Source of the DNA: Azolla caroliniana
Taxonomy: Eukaryota > Plantae > Polypodiophyta
Length of the DNA stretch: 64,000 nt
Assembly: GCA_043228905.1 (NCBI GenBank)
Contig: JBHGNT010000001.1
Coordinates: 14,446,001 to 14,510,000, forward strand
Reading direction: 5' to 3'
The translations under genes were made by a program, and so were the position numbers. This document shows positions 49,215 to 62,700 of the stretch, in pieces. The notes under the pieces are model-generated. The model searched no databases. It saw nothing but the letters and a program-made list of their open reading frames with translations, and was not told where the DNA came from. Position 1 is the stretch's first letter. The number at the start of each line of letters is the position of its first letter.

Positions 49215-49935
49215 CGAGTTCAAATATGACCAAGACCATACAACATCGTTGATACAGAGGTCTAAGTGCACTTCGGGGTCCTCATAATAGGACTTAAAGA
49301 GCTGAAACCACATATGTGGGCACAGAAACATAGTTTAGACCCTGAGTTCAAATATGACCAAGACCATACAACATCGTTGATACATATGACTATAACACAT
49401 GTTTAGACTTGAGGTCTAAATGCACTTCGAGGTCCTCGTAATAGGACTTAAAGAGCTGAAACCACATATGTGGGCACAGAAACATAGTTTAGACCTCGAG
49501 TTCAAATATGACCAAGACCATACAACATCGTTGATACATATGACTATAACACATGTTTAGACTTGAGGTCTAAATGCACTTCGGGGTCCTCGTAATAGGA
49601 CTTAAAGAGCCGAAACCACATATGTGGGCACAGAAACATAGTTTAGACCTCGAGTTCAAATATGACCAAGACCATACAACATCGTTGATACATATGACTA
49701 TAACACATGTTTAGACTTGAGGTCTAAATGCACTTCGGGGTCCTCGTAATAGGACTTAAAGAGCCGAAACCACATATGTGGGCACAAAAACATAGTTTAG
49801 ACCTCGAGTTCAAATATGACCAAGACCATACAACATCGTTGATACATATGACTTGAGGTCTAAGTGCAGTTCGGGGTCCTCGTAATAGGACCTAAAGAGC
49901 CAAAACCACATATGTGGGCACAGAAACATAGTTTA
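49215..49935 (+). repeat. 154-bp tandem repeat, about 4.7 copies
   Basis: gagttcaaatatgaccaagacc starts at 49216, 49344, 49498, 49652 and 49806 (periods 128, 154, 154, 154). Confidence 0.93.
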
Positions 49936-50155
49936 TTGTAAACATTTTTTTCGTGTATAAACTACTCATGACGCGAACATACATGGTTGAGCCTCGGGGA
50001 GCCTCCATGAAAAAATCGATATAGAGATCAGGGAAAGACATTAATTTGTCACCCCCATGGTTTTTAAAACACCTTTGTGTTACCATAGTAACCTGATCTT
50101 GAACCTCATCTCATACGTCTAGAGGGGTATTGACGTGAGATCATGATATCGATTA

Positions 50156-53100
50156 ATGTTTGCCCATGATATGTTTACATCACGACATGATGTTATGACT
50201 ATTTGTCTGACCTTATCCTATTTCTTTGCCAGAAATAATCATTCAATGGCTCAAAATAACGACCCGATGTCATCTGCTCAAGCGGAAGGAACTCAAGGAA
50301 ATCCTCCTCGACAAATGTCCATTCAGATGTATTTTTCGCAAATAACACAATACCTTCGTTTCACCGCTCAACAAATGACCGAACTTCGGCAATCTCAAAG
50401 TGCTCTCGAGGCACGTGTCATTAGTTTACAACGTGAGACTAATAGACCTGATGAGCGACAGGGTGAACCATCATTTGTCGTTAAGCCATTTACGAGAGAA
50501 AAAAAGGAAAGAACCGAAGAAGCAACGGAAAGAGCACGACAACAAAGCTAAAGTTGCCAACCATAAAGGTCAGATTCCTAATGTCCTTCAGGTCTATACA
50601 CATCATTTAAGTAATTGTCAATGTTCTTTCCCTCACTATGTATTGGGTCCCAATGATTTACTACGTGCAAACGGGTATATCAATGGATCTTCCGTACAAT
50701 TTTTGTTTGATTCGGGAAGCTCACACAACTTTGTGAATGATCGTTTGGTTCAGATATGGGGAATCCAACCCACCGTAAGTGATCACACCTATATAGTGCA
50801 CTTGGCTGATGGAAGAGTACAATACATCAACGAGACGATTCATTCATTGGGAATTTCTATTGATACTTATCTAGAGGAAATAGACTTCCATGTAATGAAT
50901 ATTTGTACCACCAATGTAATACTGGCTTATCCCTGGTTTTATAATAAAAACTCTTCTTTATTTATTGATTGGGTTCATCATTCAATAACATTTGTACTAA
51001 AGGATTGTACTCATTTTATTCAATGTGTCAAAAAACAATCCCTCTCAATTGTTTCCTCATGTCCATCAATATCTGAGTTATCTTGTTCTACTCTATTTTA
51101 TTGTGTACTTGATCCGGACATTCACGTTTACAATATCAATATTATCTCGGTTCAATTAACATATTTTGAACAACAACGACTTGATGAAATCTTAAATGAT
51201 TTTCGTGATGTTTTTCCGAGTGAACTACCAGATGGTTTTCCTCCTAAACGTAATTTAGATCATCGTATAGATATTGTACTTGGCGTTGCACCAATAAGTA
51301 TACCTCCTTATCGCTTAAGTCGATCCATAGAGGATGAGGTATCTAAGCAACTCAAGGACTATTTATGAATGGGTTATATACGTTATAGTAAATCTCCATG
51401 GGGTGCACCTATTCTCTTGGTTAAAAAGAAAGAGGGCACATGGCGTATGTGTATTAATAACCGACACTTGAATAAAGTGACGATCAAGAATTCGTATCCA
51501 TTGCCCCTAGGCAAACGATCTAATTGATTGTCTCCAAGGAGCACGGTATTTTACGAAACTTGTTCTCCGTACTAGCTATCATCAAATTCGTATAAGTGAG
51601 GACGATGTTCCTAAAACGACATTTCATACGCGCTATGGCCATTATGAGTTTTTGGTTATGCCTTTTGGTTTGACCAATGCTTCGACTACATTTCAACAAG
51701 AAATGAATGACATTATCCGAGAACAACTTAGAGAATTTGTCGTTATTTTCTTGGATGATATTTTAGTTTATAGCCGTACATTACAAGAACATGCTAAACA
51801 TGTTCACTTTCTTTTACAAACATTGCGAGACAAACCGTTTTATGCGAAGATCTCAAAATGTGAGTTCTTCAAGAAATCAATTACTTATCTTGGACATCTC
51901 ATAACCGAACGAGGAGTTGAAATTGATCCTTCTCACATCGAGAAAATCAAGCTTTGGCCCACTCTTCGGAATATTCGAGAAGTTCGATCATTCCTTGGTT
52001 TTGTCGGGTTTTTGCAAAAATCCCTTTGTAGTTACTCCCAATTAACAACATCGTTTACTGATCTTTTAAAAGGTCAAACGCGTAAGTCTACAAAACCTAT
52101 TTTCTGGAATGCTACACTAGACCTCGCCTTTAAGGAACTCAAGGACCGGGTGTGCAAGGCTCCTTCACTTCTTTTACCTGATCCTTCAAAACCTTTTGAG
52201 GTTGAAACCGATGCAAGCAATTATGTTATAGGTGCCGTCTTATATCAAGATGGTAAACCAATAGCATTCGAGAGTAAGAAACTTGATTCTGCTCAATGTC
52301 GGTATACCGTTCAAGAAAAGGAATTATTTGCAGTTATACATGCGCTCAAAACATGGCGCCATTATCTTTATGGAAATCACTTTGTGGTAACTACGGACCA
52401 CGAGTCCTTGAAATATTTTTGTGACCAACAAGACCTGAAAGGTCGTAAGGCACGATGGGCTGATCTCATCCAGGACTTTGATTTTTCCATACGATATCGT
52501 AAAGGTTCCATGAACACTGTCGTTGATGCACTAAATTGCACCCGTGAAGTTAACATGCTTAGCTTCACTGAAATATCATTAGATCTTTATGATCACCTTC
52601 GAGGAAAGTATCCTGATGACAATTATTTTGCAAAATACTGGGTAAGAGTTGAGTCTGGAATAGACACCACCACATCCTCGAAGGAATACTTCCACATTGC
52701 TAACGGTCTGCTCTACCGTAATGGGAAGGTTTGTGTTCCAGATTTACCCGAGGTAAAAAAGAGGATTCTTTTTTAATGGCATGATGCACCCTCAGCAAGG
52801 CACCTTGGAATACATCGCACACTCGTTCTCATCTCCACTCAATTCTATTGGCCTAAGATGCGCCCTGACATACATAGTTATGTGACTAAATGTCACCAAT
52901 GTCAGGTTAACAAAGCCGAGCGACTTAAAGCCGCAAGACTTTACATCCCTTGGACATTCCCAATAATAAGTGGGAAAGTATATCCATGGATTTTATTGTT
53001 AGCCTTCCTCGCACCCAAAAGGCCATGATGCCATCTGGGTTGTGCTTGATAGACTAACTAAAATGGCCAGATTTATTGCTACTAAAACCACGGTAACAAC

Positions 53101-55200
53101 TCCTGAATTGGTTTACCAATTCGTTGATGAGTTATTTTGTTTTTATGGGTTACTGATGGATATCGTGAGTGATCGAGATCCAAAATTTAATAGTGACTTA
53201 TGGACGCAAGTCTTTAAGAAGTTAGAAACTACGTTGAGCATGAGCTCCAAGGATCATCCTCAATCCGATGGAAAGACAGAACGTGTAAATCAAATTATTC
53301 AGGACATACTTTGAGTAAATCAATTTTGGAGTTTGCTTATAACAACTCCAAGCATACAACGACGGGATATAGTCCTTTTATGTTGATGTATGGTTTTCGG
53401 CCACGAGCCCCGACTGATGTTAATATACCTCATGATGAGTTGCGAAGTACGCAAAACTTTCTTCGGGATATGAAAGATATGTTGCATATTGCACAAGATA
53501 ATATAAAAACAGCTCAAGATAGAGCACGTTTTTATGCCAATCATCATAGGCAACCTCGTGTATTCAACCCTGGGCAGAAGGTATCTTTACGTGTACCTCA
53601 CAATTCTAAGACATTGTCTAAGGGTAAGTGCGCTAAGTTAGCCCCATGGTTTTGTGGACCTTTTTACAATCCTCAAACGCATTGGGTCATCAGCCTATCA
53701 TCTCGCTCCTCCTGATGGTGTTGAAATTCATCCAGTTTTTCATGTGAGTCGTCTAAAAGAACTTCTAGGTTCTGGTGACAATACAGTTACAATTGAAACT
53801 CTAGTTACTTTTGAAGAATTATCTTCTAAACCACATGTATCAGAAAGAATTCTCGATGTTAAAACAAAAAAGTTACGTACTAAAGAAATCCAAGAATTTA
53901 AAATAAAATGGATGGATAAATCAATAAAAGATACCACATGGGAACGCGGAAATTCTCTCAGAACTAACTTCCCTAACTTTCCATTGCAAGAGTGCAATTT
54001 TTTAAAGAGGGGGAGTATGTTACGAGCATGACCATATAATATCCCGTGGTGAGAATTTACCGTAGTATTCTATACACGTGGATAAGTGTGAGGGTTAAAT
54101 GAGAGTGTAAAGAAGGGGAGGATTGCTTTTAATCCTCAGGATTGAGACAACCCATTAGGCCAAGTGTGAACTTGCTTGGGGGCCTTGGGTATCGCTATAA
54201 ATAAGAGGCCTAGCTACCCTCATTTGATCATCTTGTTGACTACGTTGTCGTAGTGTATTTCGTACACTACGTGAAAAAGTAAAAATAATATAACCGATTT
54301 AATTACATATAAATAAATAAAATAAGAATATCAAGATATTTATCACGTGCATAGGGCAAGATTCAAACCTTGTACCTCCACGTAACCAAACCTCAACTTT
54401 ACCATTATGCTACCTTATCTTTAGTGTTCTATAAATAGATTTAATAACTATAAGTGCTTTATTTGCGCCTACCTTTATTAAAAGGTAAACCATGCATTTT
54501 TAGAGTGCGTGAATATTTTATAGAAAAACGCAAGCAACTAAAAAGTGACTCATGCACATCTAGCGTGCATGAGCACTATATTTAGCAAATAAAAGCAAGG
54601 ATTAGAAAAGCATCACATGCACATTTAGTGTGCATGAACATATTAGAAAAAGCATGTAGCTATGCTTAGTCTCTCCCATCACTATATAAGGATGGGGAGC
54701 ACATTGTAGTTTTTGTTGATTATTTTTCTATAATGATCAATCAATCTAAAATATTCGTGGGATTCACGAATTTGCTAAAATAATTCTCTCTTACTACCTA
54801 AATATTGACTAAATATACTAAACTCGTGGGATTCACGAGATTCTTATCTTATAACTCTTTATACCTATTCTTTACTAGCCTTATTTGTATTTTTCTTTCC
54901 TCCTAGTCCAAAACCTCGGCGGTTCCCACCCGACTCACGCAACGATCCGGAGCCGAAAGGCACGACAACGTTGAGACTCTGTCTTGTGGTGGGTCACCTC
55001 TTGTAGCGAGCGCACCAACACCAGATACGACTCGACGCCACAACGGTGGTATGGGACACCGATCGAGGCTTGAGTCTATCTCGATCCCTTTGCTCGGGGG
55101 TGGTCGGGTGGATCGACACCCTTCTTTCTCTCTCTCCTTTCTATCTATTTATCTATATTCTATCATTATCTAATGCTTACATTAGTTCATGTCTCTAACA
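50156..55200 (+). mobile_element. Chromovirus (family F), 5' LTR not found; gag remnant, PR, RT, RH, INT, chromodomain, 3' LTR
   Basis: FLFDSGSSHNF, VVIFLDDILVYS, VETDASNY and IKWMDKSIKDTTWE motifs; PPT about 54004-54017; LTR 54018-55200 interrupted by a solo LTR. Confidence 0.9.
54246..54967 (+). mobile_element. Solo LTR of family D inside the family F LTR
   Basis: Ends match the reverse complement of 45817-46637; 4-bp TSD ACGT; carries an A/B-box module on the minus strand at about 54412-54359. Confidence 0.9.
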
Positions 55201-55542
55201 GCTGGGTGAACCTGGTGGTGACTCTCATCACCTTGTATCAAGAAGAAAACTTGTCTCTACAAGTGGTAAAAATAAGTATCTTGAACAAGGAGACAAGAAG
55301 GAAGGACAAGGGTGTCATGTCCCAATCAGAGGCAAATGTGTTGCAACATTCGGGCAGAGGAAGGAACAAACAAAGAAGTCCACAAAGAAGGGACAAAGTC
55401 CCATGCCAAATCCAAGTCCAGGGGTAAGCTTACATGCTTTTATTGTGGAAAACCTGGACATTTCCAAAAGGACTATCGACACCTTAAGAAGGACAAAGGT
55501 GTCTCAAATGATGTCAAGTCCAGGAAGATTTGTGATGAAACG

Positions 55543-55978
55543 TGTCAGGAACAATACTGAGACAGAGAAGGAATTAGTACTAAACGAAGGATTAGTACTA
55601 TGAGAGGTGTAGAACTTCTTCGAGAGAAGGAAGGAGTGAGCGAGACGGAGAGAAAGAGAGAGAGAGAGAGAGTGAGTGAGTGATGATAAGAAAGATATGT
55701 ATTATATAAAGAGAATATACAATGGTGGCTAAAAGGCTTAAGACTGGCGTTGAACCAAATTGGTTCAACATAATGCCTAGTGCCCTCTTTTATAGTGTTT
55801 TCAGGAGTAATCCTGAAGCTTCTAGAATGTTCCAGAGAAATCTGGAATATACACTAATTTCCTATAATAAAATGTAAATGAAAATAATATCTTACGTATT
55901 ACAATAGATGGTCTAATGGTCAAGAGCTCGACCCATATAACCTAAGGTCATGGGTTCGAGTCTTGCCATATCATGACA
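55543..55978 (-). mobile_element. Solo LTR of chromovirus family E
   Basis: tgtcagga...catgaca ends, perfect TSD AAACG, colinear with 36417-36865. Confidence 0.93.
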
Positions 55979-58900
55979 AAACGGGCACTTCCGCCATCGC
56001 TACGAGCAAAGAAGAACTTCTGTTCATTTGTGAACAGGCAAGTGCAAATCTTGTAAATGAAGAGTGCACTTGGGTGATTGACTTTGGTGCATCGTTCCAT
56101 ATAACTCCCTTGAGAGAGTGCTTTTCATCTTACACAACCGGTGACTATGGCTATGTAAAGATGGGAGATAACTGTGAATGCACGATAGCCGACATAGGAA
56201 GTGTGTGTCTAACAACGTTGACTGGTTGTTGGCTAACCTTGAGGGATGTTCGACATGTGCCAGATATCAAGTTGAATCTGACATCAACTGGAAGAATGGA
56301 TGATGAAGGCTACAATGGTAGTTTTCGAAATGGCAAGTGGAAGTTCTATTGGGGGAACCTCATAGTGGCCCGAGTAGAGAAACAAGGCACATTATATATG
56401 ATGCAAGCCAAGTTGTGCAAGGATGAAGCAAATGTGGTTGCCGACTCGAGTGGAGAGATATGGCAGAAGAGGCTTGGCCATATGAGCAAGAATGGAATGC
56501 ATATCCTGATTCCTAACTGACCAAAAACTCCTTCCAGAAGTCAAAGGAGTTCACTTGGAGAAGTGTGTCGACAGTCTGGTCGGAAAGCCAAACAGAGCAA
56601 CATTCCACTCAAGGCCACCTAACAAGAGAGAATGTGCACTAGAATTGGTCCACACGGATGTATGCTATATGGATGCTCCATCGCATCGTGGTGTAGATTA
56701 CTTTGTGACATTCATCGACGACTATAACAGAACATTGTGGGCTTTCATGCTTAAGTCGAAAGATTAGGTGTCGATCTTCAAAGAATGTTAGGCCAAAGCC
56801 AAAAGGGAGTCTGGTTGAAAGTTGAAGGTTGTCCGGACCGACGACGGTGGTGAGTACAGAGGACAATTCGAAGAATACTGCAAGGCCCAAGGTATTTGAG
56901 TTGAATACACACTACCTAAGATCCCTAAGCTAAATGGGCTTGTAGAGCGGATGAATTAGACGATAATGGGGAGAGTGAGAAGCATGTTGTCTCATGCAAA
57001 GCTGCCGAAATCATATTGGGCTGAGGTGATGTACACGACTATTTATCTTATCAATAGGTCTCCCTCAGTCCTCCTAAAGGGTGATGTTCCACAGAAGGTG
57101 TGGATAGGTAAAGATGTATCCTACCAACACCTGAAGTTGTTCGGATGTTTGGTATATATGCATGTAGCTAAGGATTAGAGGTTGAAGCTCGACAGCAAGT
57201 CGAAACCATGCATATTCCTGGGGTACTCGGAGGATGAGTTCAGTTGCAGGTTGTGGGACCTTCTCAATAAGAAGGTTGTGAGGAATCGAGACATAATCGA
57301 GACATAGTGTTTATGGAAGACAAGACAATCGAAGATTGGAAACAATAACAGTTAGGGTCGTCTTCTCAGCCGACTCCAAACACTGGATTAGCCGACCTGA
57401 CACAGTTGACTAGGAGAAGGTAGCCAGTCGGAAGAATCGAATCCGAGTCGGTCGACTTGGAGCAACCGACTAATATATATGAGTTGGAGTCGACATATCT
57501 ACGTGAGCCGATTGAGGCATATGAGTTAGAGTTAGTTGAACCCCAACAACCGATTGACATGCATGAACCCGAGCCAAATGAAGAGTCGATAGAGACGCCC
57601 GAACCTGGGCCGACTATGGAAGGTAGGAGATATCCACTTAGAGAGAGGAGAGAACCCACCCGATATGCTAGTCAATATGTCCTCTTGACTGATGAAGGCG
57701 AGCCAGGATGCTATGATGAAGCCATAGCTGATGAGCACAAAGAGAAATGGTTGAGAGCAATGCAAGACGAAATGGACTCCTTGCACGAAAATTATACTTA
57801 CGACTTGGTGGAGCTACCAAAAGGTAAGAGAGCACTCAGGAATAAATGGGTCTACAAGGTGAACACTAGAGAAGTCGACATCACACACAAATATAAAGCC
57901 CACATTGTGGTGAAGGGATTTCAACAGAAAAAGGGTGTCGACTTTGACGAGATATTCACTCCAGTCGTGAAGATGGCATCCATCCGAATTGTTATGAGCA
58001 TAGTTCTATTATGCATTTGGAGATCGAATAGTTGGATGTCAAGACAACATTCTTGCACGGGGAGCTAGATGAAGAGATCTATATGTAGCAGGCCGAAGGC
58101 TTTGTAGAGAAAGGAAAAGAGAACCTGGTGTAACAACTAATGAAAAGCTTGTTTGGTCTAAAGCAAGCTCCACACCAATAGTACAAGAAGTTCAAATCCT
58201 TCATGCTGGAACATGGGTTCCATAAAACACAAGCTGATCATTATGTGTTTGTAAAAAGGTGTGATGAAGGTGACTTCTTGATTCTCCTATTGCACACAAA
58301 CTCAAGAAGATCGTGAGCTTAAATAAAGCCCTAGGCAAATTGTTTTCCATGAAAGATCTTGGACCGGCCAAACATATCTTGGGGATGCACATAGTTCAAG
58401 ACAAAACTAAGAATGTGCTATGGCTGTCACAAGAAAAATATGTGACAAAGAACTTGGAAAGATTCAACATATTAGAAGCAAAGTCAGTCGGTTCTACATT
58501 GACTACAAACTGTGAGCTGAATGCCAAGCAATGCCCAAAAGGGGAGAGTGACAAGGCTGAGATGAGGAAAGTACCATATGCCTCGATTGTCTGCAGTTTA
58601 ATGTATGCTATGGTCTGTACGAGACTAGACATAGCATTTGCAGTCAGAATAGTGAGCTGATACATGAGTAATCTAGGGAAAGAACACTGGGCAACAGTGA
58701 AGTGGATACTCAAGTACTTAAAAGGAACCTCAGAGGTATCACTAGTTACGAGAGAAGGTGGACGAGGAAGAGTTCATTCTTGTGAAGATCCATACCGATG
58801 ATAATGAATTTGACATGCTCACGAAGAACCTACCTATGGACAGACTTAGAGTTTGTCGATAAAAGACTGGAATGACCGACTCGTCCCCATAGGAGTGAAG

Positions 58901-59109
58901 GGGGAGTTTGTTAGGAATATGTCCCTCCTATGGGAGCAGTCGGCAGTCGAAGCTATGAGAGAAGTCAGTAGTCGAACCGACAACCGAACACTAGATTGTC
59001 AATAAGATCGACAGGCGAGTCGATAGGGTGACAGACTGCCCTGAGGGAGATAGAGAGTCGACTACATCATGCATGCTCTAGGTTGAGGGGAAGGTCAACT
59101 AGTCGAGCT

Positions 59110-59429
59110 GACTGGCCGACTGGATAGCCGACATGGGAGTCGGCTAATTGGGTCGACTAGAAAATCGACATAGGAGTGGATAGTCAGCATATTAACTAGG
59201 ATAATTATTGTTTAATAATAGTAGTAATAACAACTATATTTGTAAATAGCCCGTACTGTGTATGAGTATGACTGGCCAACTAGATAGCCGACATGGGAGT
59301 CGGCTAATTGGGATAACTAGAAAATCGACATAGGAGTGGATAGTCAACATATTAACTAGGATAATTATTGTTTAATAATAGTAGTAATAACAACTATATT
59401 TGTAAATAGCCCGTACTATGTATGAGTAT
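59110..59429 (+). repeat. 160-bp tandem duplication within the family G LTR
   Basis: gactggcc...tgtatgagtat starts at 59110 and 59270. Confidence 0.9.
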
Positions 59430-59504
59430 GAATACACCTAGGGCAAACATAATGGTTAGAGTGTGTTGTGCAAAATATAACGTTGAGCTTCTACATAAAG
59501 CGTA

Positions 59505-59540
<36 letters not shown>

Positions 59541-59788
59541 GTGAAAGCGCGTCTGTGAGCGTCAATACAGTTCAGTGGAACTTGTCTAAACCCTAAGGGG
59601 TATTCTCTATGTTTTAGAGATTTGTAATCTTTTTCTCTCTGTACTCTTATCTGATATAGTGGAATATTTGTTCCCGTGGTTTTCCCTTTGTTTAAGGTTT
59701 CCACGTAAAATCGTGTATTGTGCATTTTGTTGTTTTCTGTTTACCATGTGAATATTTTAGTACATCTTTCTCGTCTACTAATGGTCCT

Positions 59789-62700
59789 TGTTCATCAATA
59801 CTCACTAAGGATATTCAGCAAAAATTGATGGGTCTCACCATCGACAAATTGGTAGAAGTTCACTACTCAACTGAGCTGATCAGACAAACCAACCGATTGA
59901 GAGAACAAACCAAAAGAATCGGCCGAAACACTAGTCGGCCAAGAGGGAGGAACGATCGGTAAAGGTCGAAATGAAGGAATGATCGGTTGTTGGTCGGTGG
60001 CCGGAGTATGAAAAATAAGTGGGGACGAGTTGGAAGCGGAATTTAAGTATTAGTTATTATTAAAATAGAAACGAACAAATCCGGAAGAGTTGCACCAATC
60101 AGGTTCCGGACCGATTTGTAATCGGTTGCCGATAGGGTACCGTTTTGTAAACAGAACCGGATGCCTATAAAAGGATCCGAAGAACGATGTATTAAGGGAC
60201 GGAATTAAAATAAGTGGAGTAGGCTTTAAGATTATTGTGTATCTACATACTTTCGGTTTTGTGCTTATTGTCTTATCTTACACGTGTAATCAATGCGTGT
60301 ATATTGTTAATCCAAAACCGATCCAAACCAGTCAAATAAAATTATATCTGTGTCGGAAGCATTAACCCCGTAACCACCCCTTTGGTGAAGTGTGTTGTCC
60401 GCCGGAATAGTAACTGATGGACAAGAGCGTAGGAATAAGAAATAATATAAGATCATAACGCATGTAACGGTTCATGAAAGGGAGCGTGAACAACTAAATA
60501 GACCATGCGTATATAAAGGGCAGAAAACCTCTGATAGAGGGGGCGTGTATTTTGAAATGTAAAGAAGCGTATCGTAGTAGAATTCTATCTTCTCTGAAAA
60601 TCTGTGTATAGTGACGACTAATCTACTGTGTATCTGGAACACCTGAGAGTGTAAGAACGTGAGTGTAACCACCGCTAAGGAGTCAATTGTAGCCGTCTCC
60701 CTTATACGCTGCTAGGTTACGGGGAACATTCCCCTACGTATTACACATAGACGCCACCATTCGTTGTTTCACAATCACTTGTAGGTCTAGGTCGAAGGAC
60801 TGACCGCAGACCGTGTTCCTAATCGGTAACACTTTTGGCACGCTTGGTGATCTGTGTCTTCTCACAGACGAACAACGACGAATGGATGTTTAGCCGCAGA
60901 CGCCCCAGAGAACCAACACGACAAGACCGGCCAATCACAAGGTCCATCACATGCTAGGTAGAGGAACGCGCACGGCAAAAGCCTCGCCCCAACGACCTCA
61001 GTACTACCTACCGTGATTACAAAGGTGATTCTTCGCTCTCCAAATACCTCGACGATACGCGGGGCGCACGCTCACCATAGCCATACTGTGGTCTTTCCCG
61101 ACCCGCCATAGCCCCCAGCATGGCCTTTGCCTATCCCCGCTTTAACGGCGAAATCGACTCCGCAACCCATATTCTCATGTTCCTCAATGTCTGGAATGCG
61201 AACCACATGGTGCAGAGCCTTTCAGAGGCGGTAGCGCACCAGTCGAAAATGATGGATTTTGGGTTAACATTGGATGGGCGAGCGGCATTCTGGCATTCAC
61301 AGATGGATTTACCAACAATCACAACCTTTGATTAGTTGTAGTCCGCTTTCTTGCGGTTATTCCATCGGAGGGTTCCACAACGCGAAATCCTCAGACAGTT
61401 CTACATGATTAAGCAATTGCCGACCGAGACGATCGCGGACTTCAGCTTACGTTTCCAAAATTTACGGCGGAAACTAGAACGGAGCCCCGCGGAGGACAAG
61501 GCTCGAGAGACATTTCTGGCAGCATTACGCCGACCCATACGGGCAACGCTCAACAACAATAGCGTGAAAGGGGAAACGGCGGATATGGTCATTGAACGAG
61601 CGTTACAACTTGAGTTGGACGATGAGGAGGAAAGGTTTTCTATGTCCTCCTTACACCAAGCGCTACCCCAGGACAAGGAACGCCAGTTTCGTCAAGCAAT
61701 CCAGTGCATGATTTGCTTGAACTCGGGGCATTCTACAGTGGAGTGCAACATGCGAATCCACTGCCCAATCTGCCACTGGAAGGCTCACACAGTCGACCAA
61801 TGCGAATACAATATGTTGAACAGAGCCGCTCCCACAGTATCCAGCATGGACACACAGCGTCCCCCACGCCGTACTGAACAAAGGAGGCAAGAAGACCGAC
61901 CACGGTATGTGGATCACAACCCACGTGACGACTGGCACCACCGGAATTGCCGAAATCACAACGATTCCGAGGAAGACGAACCAGAGGATGAGGATTATCG
62001 TGGACCTCCGAGTTATGCTAAAGGGGGCCGACGCTATGAGAATCACCGGCCGGCAAACAAACGTAGCGGCTTCAATGGCTATCGTGGGAAGCCGCGGCAA
62101 TATCGAGATCACTGGCATTACGACGAAAGCTCGGGAGATGAGCGACACCAAGAACCACGCCGGGACCAACAACAACCACCGCGTGCGTTTCGACAAACAA
62201 GGCCAGACCATGAGGAGCAAGTCGCACTAGGGGATCGGCACACACCACCAGGAGCCGAGAAGGGCGAATCAAGCATCCATTGTTTTATTTGTCAGCAGCC
62301 CGGACATTATGTCACGCAATGCTCAGCACGCAAGGGCAAGGGGCCAGCCGTCAATACGATTACGACGGAAGTGCAGCAAGTCACGACACGCCAGCAAACA
62401 AAAACGGTTGATTGGGCCGCGCAAGATGAGATACGACGACAAGCCCAGGCATGGGTGGAAAAAGCAAACGCGACCAATACAGAGCGCATGCAGAAGGAGT
62501 CCGCGAATACAAGGGAGCGAGCGGAGGACGAAGGACCGGTCCCGGACCCCATTTGGTAGGCATTAGCGGGCTGCAAGATAACGTTAACCATGGAGAAGTT
62601 GTTGCAACTAGTCCCACGTTTTCGCCAGACCATGGAAGAACGGGTGACGGGCATACCCGGGGTGAGCATCGCTACAAACCTTACAGACGTTAGCGACGGA

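Larger units (their letters stand above)
55201..59788 (+). mobile_element. Decayed copia element (family G), 5' truncated, RNase H partly deleted
   Basis: gag C-terminus and CFYCGKPGH knuckle, PR, INT and RT fragments colinear with 10928-14910; PPT about 58892-58906; 3' LTR from 58909. Confidence 0.88.

Noticed and set aside
49215-49935. CRISPR array
   Set aside because: Whole 154-bp units repeat with no unique spacers, the context is eukaryotic, and there are no cas genes.
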